Origin: Octopus sinensis
Taxonomy: Eukaryota
Assembly: GCF_006345805.1 (NCBI RefSeq)
Contig: NC_043006.1
Span: 43,090,001 to 43,154,000, forward strand
Direction of reading: 5' to 3'
DNA length: 64,000 nt
Shown here in pieces: positions 25,788 to 37,742 of the stretch. Every line of letters starts with the position of its first letter. Position 1 is the first letter of the stretch. The translations under genes and the position numbers were made by a program. The notes beneath the pieces are model-generated. The model ran no database searches. It was not told the DNA's origin and saw only the letters and a list, made by a program, of their open reading frames with translations.

Positions 25788-26734
25788 TGTATGCACTATG
25801 ATATCTCTGTATTTTTTTACACACACACATATGTATAAATATTTATGTATATATAAATATACATACGTACAAATATATGTATATATACACACACACATAT
25901 ATGTGTGTGTATAAACACACACAGGCGCACATAAATACATATATTTGTACATATATGCAAATTTATTTATAAATATAAACATGTGTCCGTATATATATAC
26001 ATTTATATATATCTATATATATAAATGTATGCTTTTACATACATATATATAAATATTTATAGACATGTATGTATATATAAATCTATATATGTATGTAAGT
26101 ATACACTCACACTCACATAAGAATTATATCTATTTTAAATAATAGAAAATACAGTCATTTTATATGCATATATGTATCTGTATGTACGATTTTCTGTATA
26201 CATTAGAAGGAATATAAATTATATTTGTCTGTTTCTGTCTAAAATAGATTTGCCACACACGCACATCAACAAACTTGAAATAAGGCAACTCGCAGTCGAT
26301 TCAATGTTGTACAACAAAGAATATGGCACAGATATTTAATCATTGTAAATAAAAGCTATATAGTACCCACTCCAATACTTAAAGTATTCACTAGGAATGC
26401 ACCAAAAAGAAGGAAATCATTGAGTTTTGGCCGCCAATATCAACACAAGTATTTAATATAAAACAAATGATCAAAGATGTGTTACATTTGTATGTTCAAC
26501 ATGAATAATATAATCAGAACCATCAATAAGAAGAAGAACAAAATTACTCTACCAATAACATTATGTAAAAAGTCTTAAGAATCTACATAACAGATCCTGT
26601 GTAATCTGAATTGAGCATAATCTGATGAATTAGATGTCTGAGTCAGCGCGATAAGCAATCCAGTGAAAATGTATTGGAATCAAATGAAATGAAATGATAA
26701 ACCTGCGAACAAAAGTACATAGTATATAGTGGTT

Positions 26735-27135
26735 AGTGTTACACTGTGAGGAATACAATAAAGAGGAGAATGTATTTGACATTTTGGACTGTGATGTTCT
26801 GTTTTGACGGGAAGGGAGAAGATATAAATGTCTTTGGAAGGAGAAGTGAAACGTATGTCCTTTGAGTAAAATGTGTTACATCTGCCATGAGAAACTACTA
26901 GAAACATATATTGACATATATTGGAAACAAATTAAATGAAAGGATAAAACTGTTGGTGTTACACTGTGAGGAATAAAATAAAGAGGAGGATGTATTTGAC
27001 ATTTTGGACTGTGATGTTCTGTTTTGACGGGAAGAGAGAAGGATATAAATGTCTTTGGAAGGAGAAGTGAAACGTGTGTCCTTTAAGTAAAACCTGTTAC
27101 ATCTACCATGGCAAACTATTAGAAATGTATATTGA
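26735..27135. repeat. ~218-bp tandem duplication of non-microsatellite sequence
   Basis: gtgttacactgtgaggaata...tattgac at ~26735-26915 and ~26954-27135. Confidence 0.85.
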
Positions 27136-27389
27136 TACTTTTCTCTTCTTCCCAAAACACATTTTGGGGTGGGGGTTGGCGTTTTGTTTTTATTTCCTAT
27201 TGGATGGCCACTGTATGTGTATGGCTGTATGATAGTTAAAGTGTCAGCTTCTGAACGAAATGGTTTCTGGTTCAATCCCACTCTGTAGTACCTTGGGTTT
27301 GTGTCTTCTACTAAAGCACCAAGTTGACTAAAATTATGTCAGTGGTTTTGGTAGAGGAAACTTAAAAGGAAGCTTATCATATATGAACA

Positions 27390-27420
<31 letters not shown>

Positions 27421-27608
27421 CATGTGTATGTGTGTAAGTGTGTGTGTGTATATGTCAATGTTGTGTATATAGGCACATGAGTGGCTGTGTGGTAAGTAGC
27501 TTGTTTTCTGATCACACAGTTCCGGGTTCAGTCCCACTGCATGGCACCTTGGGCAAGTATCTTCTACTATAGCCTTGGGCTGACCAAAGCCTATATATAC
27601 ATATATAT

Positions 27609-27661
<53 letters not shown>

Positions 27662-27666
<5 letters not shown>

Positions 27667-27750
27667 TATTATATAGAAGGAGCTTCTACAGGACTAGTAC
27701 TGTTTCATTCAAGAGAAATCTTCAGGAAGCCCCTTCTATATAATAAATAA
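27662..27750 (-). ncRNA. Type I hammerhead ribozyme closed by a ~25-bp stem I
   Basis: Minus strand reads uuauuuauuauauagaaggggcuuc-CUGAAGA-uuucucuugaau-GAAA-cag uacuaguc cu GUA-gaagcuccuucuauauaauaaauaa. Canonical core. Confidence 0.8.
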
Positions 27751-27820
27751 ATTAATTTACTCTGCTATGTATTGAGTACCTTACTTACTGTGGTTAACCC
27801 CGGATCAACCCGGGACCTAC

Positions 27821-27871
<51 letters not shown>

Positions 27872-29273
27872 TGTATGTATGTATGTATGTATGTGTGTAT
27901 ATGTTGGTGTTTTTGTGTTTGTCCCCCCAACGTTGCTTGACAACCAATGCTGGTGTGTTTACTTCCCCCGTAACTTAGTGGTTCAGCAAAATAGACCAAT
28001 ACAATTGTGTGTGGGTGTTTGTGTCTCTTTGTCTTGACTTCATACTATAGTTGTAAATAAGCATCACTGTTATACAAGCAGTGTCCTTCTTTACCAATAT
28101 TTCAAGAAAACAAGTCTGGCCAGGGGGAAACATTACATAGCTTGGAAACAGGTGAAGTATGGCATCAAGAAAGGCGTCCGGCCATCGAAAATCTGCTTTA
28201 ACAAATTCCATCTGATCCATACAAGCACGGAAAAGGCGACATTAAAACAATAATGATGGTGATGACAACAATGACGATGATGACAACGACGACAACGATG
28301 AGGGGGGTGAAGGGGCGGGGGATGAAGGGGAGGAGGGGGTGCAGGAGATGGTAGGGGAGGGGAGAAGGTGATGGTGGTGGTGGAGGAAATGGAGGAGGGG
28401 CAGAGCAGGGGTGGAGGAGGAGGGGGGATGCAGAGGAGGAGGTTTTGAAGAGGAGGAGGTGTTGGAGGCTAATTACAACAACTGCAATTACAATGACAAT
28501 GGTGATGGTGATGACAAAGGCAATGGTGATGACAATGACAATGATGACAACAATGACAAGGGTGATGACGACAATGACGATGATGATGATAATGATGTGA
28601 GCTCTTATTCACCAACCCTTTTTTTTTTGTTTCTTTTATTGTTGTTTGTTTTTGCATTTCTTTTGATCTGGATGCAGTTCTTTTTTCCAATGATCTATTT
28701 TCCTGCACATCATTAAATTCATCCCAGCAACCAATTTAAAAAGCTCATTCTGTAACCACTCTATGGTGTATGGCATTACATTCTCAATTGTTTACCTGGA
28801 AAAAAAAAAAAGAGATGAGACTCAAAGATATAAATTATGTGACACCATTTAGAAACGACAGAAAGAATTGTTTGAAGCCTTCTGGTAATATTCTATATCA
28901 TCCATCATTTTCCAATTATAAACCAGCTAATAGAAATCTTTATTTTTCCCTAGCAATACATTTTTAAATACCTACTGATAAATTTCAAAGAATCTCTTGA
29001 CATGCTTGCCATATTTTGGCAAGCATGTCAAACAGTTTAAACACAAGTCATAACCACTCCACCGTTGCCGTTGTTTATTGATCGAGTGTTCACATGAAGA
29101 TGATTACATCATATCTGTTGAAAAATGCTGAGGAGCTGCCTGAAGCTTTTATATATATACACTTAATATATCAGATACATCATAAACGTACACATGCATT
29201 GCACCCTAAACAATGCTACTGTAAATCTATATCAAGTACCCTTGTATATCCAGCAAAAAAATGTATCTGTGAG

Positions 29274-29319
<46 letters not shown>

Positions 29320-29420
29320 TGTATGTATGTATATATAGATATTTATATATATGTATGTATGTATATATGTATATATATATATGTATATATATACTTTATT
29401 TAAAGCAGCAGAAAATTCAA

Positions 29421-29470
29421 CAAAACCTGTTACTCTGAGTTTCACGTTGCCGTTCATCGGACAGTTTTTG
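29421..29470 (-). ncRNA. Hammerhead paralog with U4C core substitution
   Basis: cugu-CCGAUGA-acg gcaa cgu-GAAA-cucaga GUA-acag. Same family as 30756-30805. Confidence 0.6.
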
Positions 29471-29477
29471 CTAGTTT

Positions 29478-29529
<52 letters not shown>

Positions 29530-29558
29530 GTATACATGTGCATATGTGTGTGTGTATA

Positions 29559-29776
29559 CAGGGTTGACAAAAGTTACCTGACATATAATTCCAAGATATA
29601 TTTATGTTTATCAACTGAATGGATTGAATAAAAGCAACAAAATATGAAACCTCATGAAAACTGTTCAAACTGAAGTCCTTCTTGAGTGACACATTTTCCC
29701 ATTTGAATCAATACAGAATTACAGATGGTATTTATGGAATTTTGATTTACTGTCAGGTGACTTCTGGCCAACTCTG
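29559..29776 (-). mobile_element. Tc1/mariner-derived MITE
   Basis: TIRs cagggttgacaaaagttacctgaca / tgtcaggtgacttctggccaactctg with TA flanks. Internal CVTQEGLQFEQ tail. Confidence 0.75.
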
Positions 29777-30010
29777 TATATATATATATATATATATACA
29801 TAGTATGAGAGGTTTTGGTGTCTAGAAGACCCAAAAGGCAGGTAAGACTTTTTAAGTGCTATGGAAGGATCGCAGTTAAACTCCTAGTTCAATAATAGTA
29901 TGAGTGAGGAGTCTAAGGTGGGTCATGTGTCAGCATGTATATATTAAATAAAATAAGATAACAAGGCCAAGGCAATGTGATATTTCTAGGACATTTATAA
30001 AGAGAAACAT

Positions 30011-30058
30011 GGTCTTACAGCTGTTTCAGGGGAATAAAGGATGTCCCATCATCAGAAA
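30011..30058 (-). ncRNA. Minimal Penelope-type hammerhead ribozyme (inverted partner of 30309-30353)
   Basis: Minus strand reads uuu-CUGAUGA-ugggacauccuuuauuccccu-GAAA-cagcu GUA-aga. Confidence 0.7.
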
Positions 30059-30308
30059 CAAGGTAAAAGAATTTCAATAGGAGGAATTAGTAAGGTTCAT
30101 TATATAAGAAGTTATTTTGAAAAGGGAGAGATATGGAAAGTATAAAGGGAAATATGAAAATAAAAATACATGTTGGATGTTAAAGTTGCTGTTCCATTAT
30201 CCAAGGAATCTGCATTGTAGAATGGGTAAAGAGGCTTCTTGTCCATGGTGTGTAAGTTCTTGTAAAATGTATTCTACTAATTCCTTTTATTGAAACTCTC
30301 GTAACTCA

Positions 30309-30353
30309 TCTCTGATGATGGGATGTCATTTTTTCCCTGAAACAGCTGTAAGA
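30309..30353 (+). ncRNA. Minimal Penelope-type hammerhead ribozyme
   Basis: ucu-CUGAUGA-uggga ugucauuuuu ucccu-GAAA-cagcu GUA-aga, with palindromic ACAGCUGU stem III. Confidence 0.75.
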
Positions 30354-30755
30354 CCACCTTTCTCTTTATAAATGTCCTAGAAATATCACATTGCCTTGGC
30401 CTTCTTATCTTATTTTATTTAACATATATATATATAGTGAGAATTTACAAAAAAACAAAAGATGAAGACGGGTGTATAAACAACAAACATGTATCAGTTT
30501 AACACTCAGGAAGTGAGAAAGTCTTTTATTCTTCGAGCCTACGCTCTACAACTGAAAGGAACACAGAAATAAACAGGGAGAGAAAATAGAAAAAGGTTTA
30601 GTGGCTAGCAATCTATCGTGGCAAATGGCAATATATATATATGTATATATATATATACCGGAGTAAACACATAAATGTGAAACAAGGTGGAAAAAAGAGT
30701 ACTCAAATACCAGTGGTAGAGTAATATGCTTTATTTTAAGCAGCAGAAAATTCAA

Positions 30756-30805
30756 CAAAATCTGTTACTCTGAGTTTCTCGTTGCCGTTCATCAGACAGT
30801 TTTTG
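30756..30805 (-). ncRNA. Type I hammerhead ribozyme
   Basis: Minus strand reads caaaaacugu-CUGAUGA-acg gcaa cga-GAAA-cuc a ga GUA-acagauuuug. A paralog at 29421-29470 has a CCGAUGA core and an acg/cgu stem II. Confidence 0.75.
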
Positions 30806-31196
30806 CTAGAATATATATATATATATATATATACGTTGCAGCCTTCCAGCTTGCCAGTCCTGATCAAACTGCTCAACCCATACCAGTATGGACAACAGAT
30901 GTTAAATGATGATGATGATATACATGTATACATGTAAATAGAGTGAAGTATATAAAGTAACGAGTGAAAATTTTCAGATGATGAATATTCAAGTACATAT
31001 ATATATAGTTGAAATTTACAGAAAAACAAAAGATGAAGACAGGTGTATAAACAACAAGCAGGTGTATCAGTTTGATACTCAGGAAGGTGAGAAAGTCTTT
31101 TACATTTTGAGCTACACTCTACAACTGAAAGGAACACGAGGAAATAAACAGAGAGAGAACAAAAAAACTTGTGGATTTAGCGGTCAATCATAGTGA

Positions 31197-31227
<31 letters not shown>

Positions 31228-31297
31228 AATATATATATATTGGTCAATCATGACAATATCTCTATATATATCTATGCACACATATATATAGAGATAG

Positions 31298-31367
<70 letters not shown>

Positions 31368-31437
31368 TTAACAGAGTAAACTTGCATAGAGTACAAAGAC
31401 ACAGAAAAGTAAAGGGGAGAAGGTCTGGTGTTAGAAG

Positions 31438-31562
31438 CCTGACAGCTGTTTCTGAGGAGTTGGAGTTACTTCATAATGTTGGCAGATGTAGTTCTGCAGA
31501 ATGTGCAACCAGTAATGAAAGCAAATAAACATTGAAAAGATCTGAACTCTGTCTTCAGAGTG
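31438..31562 (-). ncRNA. Hammerhead-like motif with ~100-nt stem II region
   Basis: Minus strand reads cu-CUGAAGA-cagaguu ... aacuccuca-GAAA-cagcu GUC-ag. Stem I is very short. Confidence 0.45.
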
Positions 31563-33783
31563 GAGAGATAAAAATCAAATAAAAGTCAGATCTTTAATTA
31601 AGTAAAGATCAGACTTTAAAAAATAAGTATTGAGGTTGAATTGATTGGTAAAAATCAAGAACTGACTTATAAAAATGAATTGACTTGTAACTTAATTAAC
31701 TAATAAATATAACGACATGAAAAAATTTTGTGCATATGTTACTATTAGCTTAATGTAAGGTGGCAAGCTGACAGAATCGTTAGCATGCTGGGCAGCAATT
31801 CATCTGAGTAGAAATTCAGCTAAAGTTGACTTTGTTGTTCATCCTTTTAGGGTCGATAAAATAAGTACCAGTTGAGTACTGGGGTAGATGTAATTGACTT
31901 CATCCCCTCTCCCGAAATTGTTGGCCTTGTGCCAAAATTTGAAACCATTATAACCTAATGATTCCCCTGCTAAAAAAAAGTACAACAAAATATGTTTCAA
32001 CACACAAGTTCACATCAAGAATCTTGCCAACCAAATATGAAAATAAAGCATCTGACTATAGCTTAGTTAAGCTATACACAAAAACAACCAGCAACAAGAG
32101 CGTGTCAGTGAATTATTATTCGCCCTGAAGGCGAAGATATTGTTTTTAGTTGTGTTTGTTTGTCCATGAACAAGATATCTCAAGAACCACAGGATTGACA
32201 CAGTGAAACTTTTAGGAATGTTTGGCCTAGTGGCTACCGTGAACTGATTAGATTTTGGGATCAATCCAGTCAAGGATACTGGATTATTTTTCCTGTTTTT
32301 TCGAGAAAGGTCGGGTTCATTTTTAGTATTCTCATTTGTGAGAGCAGTCGAGTTTATTTCAGATATCTTCATTTTAAAAATCACCTCCAGCTAATGGTTG
32401 AGAGGACGTTGGTGTTGCCTTAGTGGAAGTTTACATTCTCCGAGTGCTCTTGTTATCATTATTATCATTACCTCCACCTTAGCAAATATGGAGGTAATGT
32501 TTTCAGCCGTGTTTGTTTGTCTGTCCATAGATGAGATATCTCAAGAACCACGGGGTAGATCCAGATGAAACTCAGGAATGTTTGTCCTAATGACTAGCAT
32601 GAATTGATTAGATTTTGGGATCAATCAAGTACTAGTCAAGGATACTGGATTATGTTTCCTGTTTCCTTTTTCTTAATTTTTTGAGAGTGGTCGGGTTCAT
32701 TTTTAGTATTCTCGTCTGTGAGAGCAATCGAGTTTATTTCAGATATTCTCATTTTAAAAATCATCTCCAGCTAATCGTTAAGAGGACGTTGGTGTTGCCT
32801 TGTTTATTTTTGTTTCATTCAGCTACATACTGTGAGGGCGAATACAATCAACACTCTAACATCTCAGTCTTATTTCCCACCTAACTGAAAGTTCCTTTTT
32901 CCTGCTGACCAGCTCATCAGCTAGCCCACAGGAAGTTCCTGTCTACAGTCCTTGGTCAGTGGCCTCCATGACCTTTACTATCGATCAAGTCAAAGCAAAT
33001 TAAATAGATTTCCAACGGTTTCAATGTTGGGTTTTCAGTTTTTTCAATCAATTGAACAACCTGCTCATTGACTTAAAGTGTGTGTGGCTGAATATTCCAC
33101 AGACATGTGTACCTTTAATGTTATTTTCCAGCAGAATCATCATGACATAGTGAGGGACAAGCCTGAATCTTTCTAGTTTTAGCACATTGCCAGCATTATA
33201 CATATGCATTATACGTGTGTGTGTGTGTGTGTGTCCATATGTATATATACACACATATCCTTATTTCTTGCTGCCCTTGTGGTGTTGCTGATATAAAATA
33301 ACTCCCTGGATGTAGATGTGACACATGGTCATAAGCATTGTGAGTGGATCTGGTAAACGGAAACAGAAAGAAGCCTATCATGTGTGTGTGTGTGTGTGAT
33401 CCACTCAGCAGGCTTCCTCACAGTTTTCATCTATTCCCAATGCTCGGGTTCATCTGAGGCTGTAATAAAAGACACCTGAGTTACATGGTTGGCCTGCTCC
33501 CTAAAATTCATGACAGCAAAGCAAGCTTCAACCACTCATCTACACTGCATGCAAGTCTGCAATGAAAACCACAAAACAACTCTTTTACTTGTTTCAGTCG
33601 CCTTTAGTCAAGCACATCGACCCTAGGACTTATTCTTTGTAAGCCTAGTACTTATTCTATCAGTCTCTTTTGCCAAACCGTTAAGTTATGGGGATGTAAA
33701 CACACCAACATCAGTTGTCAAGAGATGTTTGGGGGGAAAACACAGACACACAAACATATACACACATACATACATACATAAAC

Positions 33784-33814
<31 letters not shown>

Positions 33815-34862
33815 ATATATATATAATATATATATATAATATATATATATATACATACGACAGGCTTCTTTTAAGTTTCCGTCTACCAAATCCGCTCACA
33901 AAGCTTTGGTTGGCCCGAGGCTATAGTAGAAGACACTTGCCCAAGGTGCCATGCAGTGGGACTGAACCCGGAACATAAACAAGCTACTTACCACACAGCC
34001 ACTCCTACGCTACAAATAGTATCATAACTACTACCAGTACACTATTATAGTTTACTATATCACTAGACCACCTCCAGCATCATACTACTAAATTTCAGTA
34101 TCACTACCATCTCTGACAACTAAAGAAAACCATCTAGGCATTATGCCATCGTTTGTACAACAACCAACCCTTTCTACTTTATAAGCCCTCAACAGACCAA
34201 GGACAGCAGCTAGGCAGTATCTCTGACATACCCTATACATCATTTCTACAAGATTTCAAAGTTAATTCTGTAGTGACAATGAGTGAAGAGATTTCCTAAA
34301 AATAAAAAAAGATTTATGGGGAAAATGTCATGTTGATTCTTTTTAAATTTGGTAAATTTTGGCATAATTTTACTTGGAGAAAAAGGGACATGGGTGTAGC
34401 AAGCAGATGATAGAGGGTGGAGGGTGATAAACAATAACAAGAAGAAGAAACCGCAATAACTATTAATACTAATATTAATAAGATAGATGTCTATTAAAAA
34501 TATACAGAAGTTGGGGGTGTGTGCGTGTATGTGTGTGATAGTGTGTGAGTGTATGTGTGAGAGTGTGCATGTGTGTGTGAGTGAATGTGTGTGTGTGTGC
34601 ATGTGTGTATATGTGTGTGAGAGTGTGGATGTGCATGTGTATGTGTGAGTGAATGTATGTTTGTGTGTGTGCATGTGTGTGTGAGAATGTGCATGTGTGC
34701 GCACATTTGTGTGTGTGCATGCGTGTGTGAGTGAATGTATGTGTGTGTGCATGTGTGTGTGTGTATGTGTGTGTGAGTGTATGTGTGTGTGCATATGTGT
34801 ATGTGTGTGTGTATGTGTGTGTGAGAGTGTGCATGTGCATGTGTGTGTGTTGTGTATGTGAG

Positions 34863-34900
<38 letters not shown>

Positions 34901-35734
34901 TGTAAGAAAGAGGGTAATGTTGAAATCTCCAAGATCAGAAAATTGATCCAAATCTTCTCTCACTGCCATTTGTTGCAGCAGTTACTTATTGTTTGATATA
35001 ACCTAATGTTATTGATCTTTCTCCATATCTGACCTTTAATGGATCAATGCCAAATGCCAAAACCCATTCTGGAAAAGGGAGGAAAAAAAAAATAAATCGA
35101 CGAAATATAAATTAAAAAATATCTGAGATATGAAGTTGGGTGTCAATAGCCATCATTTGAAGAAAAATTTCAGATTTTCATTTTTTTTTTTTTAAGTTTG
35201 TATTTCTGTATTTTGAGATTTTTTTTGCAAGTCAAAATCTGCATTGTACGGACCTGAAGATTGTTAACAAAAAAAAAATAAAATGGAATTTTTTTTTATC
35301 TTAGGTTTTTTTGTTTTCTAGCCTTCCTTAGAGCAATCTTTCATGAAATGTTTTAGTGCTAAAGATTAGATAAGGATTAAATATATTATATCTATTTTCC
35401 ATGCCAGCTGGCTGCAATATCCATTTTTTTCCCATTTTCAAACATAAAAATATAAAACAGCCTGTCTTTATTCTGTGAAATCCTAGCTGTATATAAATAA
35501 AGAACTGTTGAAGTTAATCTGTATTTATTATGGTTGTGTGGTTTAAAAGATAGTTTTTAAATCATGTGCTATCAGGTTCAATCCCATTGTGTTGCACTCT
35601 GGAAAAATGTTTTCTACTATAATCCCAGGTCAACCAAAGACCTGTGAGTGTATTTCGAAGATTAAAAATTAAAAGAAACTCATCATATATGTGTATATAT
35701 TATACATTTATATATATATATATATATATATATA

Positions 35735-36564
35735 CTAGCAGTATCGCCCGGCGTTGCTCGGGTTTGTAAGGGAAATAATTATATAAGCATTTTTAGAGAT
35801 GTAAAGTATAATAGCCATATTGAGATGGCTAACCACAAAGGGGGCGGGGTGTTACTGTAGCTTTTTATGTTCTGAGATTTAATAATAAATTTTAGAGAGT
35901 TACTTCCCTTATATATGTCAAAAATGGATTAAAAATGGGAAAAATTGATGGTAAATTTTTTTTTAAATCGTAGACTCATCGTAGACGCGCGCTAATACCC
36001 AGACGGGCTCGATATGAATCACGACTATAAGATACCCGGTTTTGGTTAAACTGCACCGCAAAATGTGGGAGTAATTAGGAATCTAAATCGTAGGAGACAG
36101 ACACACAACCTCACTTTTATATATAAAGATTTCCTCTATTTACATAATATTGAGGTCTCTTTCTTTCTTTTGTTATCTTACTGTTTTTACCAATATACAT
36201 ATATATATATAAATGTATATATAGTTACAGAGATGTACTTGCATAGCAAGTGACTTGATCTGAGATCGTGTGCTGGAACGAAAACAGTTGCAGCGTTGAA
36301 GGTGTTTATAAGCCATTTAAGAAACACACAAAAACCGTTAGATTCACTTCAACATTTAAATTTAATTTGTCAAAATATTTTCGTCGCTTTGAGACCGCGA
36401 CCTGTTAGCACGATATTTTTGTCAGTGAACAGGTCGCGGTCTCAAAGCGAGGAAAATATTTTGGCAAATTAAATTTAAATGTTGAAGTGAATCTAACGGT
36501 TTTTGTGTGTTTCTTAAATGGCTTACAAACACCTTCCATGCTGCAATATATATATACACACATA

Positions 36565-36599
<35 letters not shown>

Positions 36600-37721
36600 G
36601 TGTATATGTGTATGCATGTATGTGTGTGTGTGTGCGTGTCTGTGCTTGTAATTGTCCTCCACCACTGCTTGACAACGAATGTTGGTTTGTTTACATCCCT
36701 GTCACCTAGTGGTTTGACAAAGGAAACAGATAGAATAAGTACAATGCTTACAAAAATAAAACTGGAGTTGATTCATTAAACTACAATTCTTCAAGGCATT
36801 GCCCCAGCATGGCCACAGACCAATGGCTTGAAAAAGCAGAAGAATAAAAGAATACATTCTCTGCTTTGGTCTTATGTGCAAGGCATGAGAAAGCTTAAGT
36901 TTACATGAGAAGGCCTAACAGACCTGGTAGAAACAGCAGCCAAATCTCCCTCAAATCACACCTCATTGTCTTATGTATGTATATATATATGAGCCAATGA
37001 GGGGGACCTCTACATGGTAGCTAGACCTGGTAGAAATAGCAGCCAAATTTCCCCCAAATCACACCTTACTGTCTTATCTATGTATATATGTATGTATGAG
37101 CCTATGAGGGAGACCCCTACATGGCAGCTAGACATGGTAGAAATAGCAGCCAAATCTCCCTCAAATCACACCTTACTGTCTTATGTATGTATATATATAT
37201 ACAAGCCACTACGGTTATTTAATGTAAAGTCTTCCTCAAATCACGCTCTCGCTATTTACTCTCTTCCAAGAACATTTTCACTCACTCTTATCTCTTAGCT
37301 TCCCATACATTTTACTCATGTATCTATCAGCGTCATAGACAGAAACAAATATTACATCGCCATCGCATTCTATTGTCTACCTGTCAACACAAAGTGAATT
37401 AGTTTCAGTTTATTCGTTGCACATTGTGTGTGTGCGTTTGCGTGTGCTGTAACCCAAACTAAGAAAAGCATTTGACATATACACCAGAATGTGAGTTTTC
37501 TCTAAATTTTGCTTAATTGGGGTTGAAATTTTAAAAACCGGACCTGGCAAAACCCGATGCATTCTACTCTTAAAAATGCTAGGTAAATTGTAATTGAAGA
37601 AATCCTATATTGTAGATTTCTATAACTGACAAAGGGAGGCAGATAAAATCTGCCTTTTGTAATAAGAGATTCTATAACTGACAAAGGGAGGCAGATAAAA
37701 TCTGCCTTTTATAATAAGAGA
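35735..37721 (-). mobile_element. Composite non-autonomous Helitron, copy 1
   Basis: Minus strand starts A^TCTCTTATTATAAAA (37721) and ends with hairpin cccgagcaacgccggg plus CTAG^T (35735). A second internal TC start at 36129 defines a 395-bp core Helitron. Confidence 0.75.
36418..36468 (+). ncRNA. Hammerhead-like motif with G3-C8 core
   Basis: uuuguca-GUGAACA-g gucgc ggucucaaa gcgag-GAAA-a ua UUU-uggcaaa, with palindromic AAUAUU stem III. Second copy at 52035-52085. Confidence 0.55.
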
Positions 37722-37742
37722 TATACATACATATATATATAC

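Larger units (their letters stand above)
29941..30425. mobile_element. Penelope-like element remnant with inverted pseudo-LTR arms
   Basis: Arms ~29941-30093 and ~30274-30425 are diverged reverse complements, each containing an HHR. TA-rich flanks. Confidence 0.7.
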
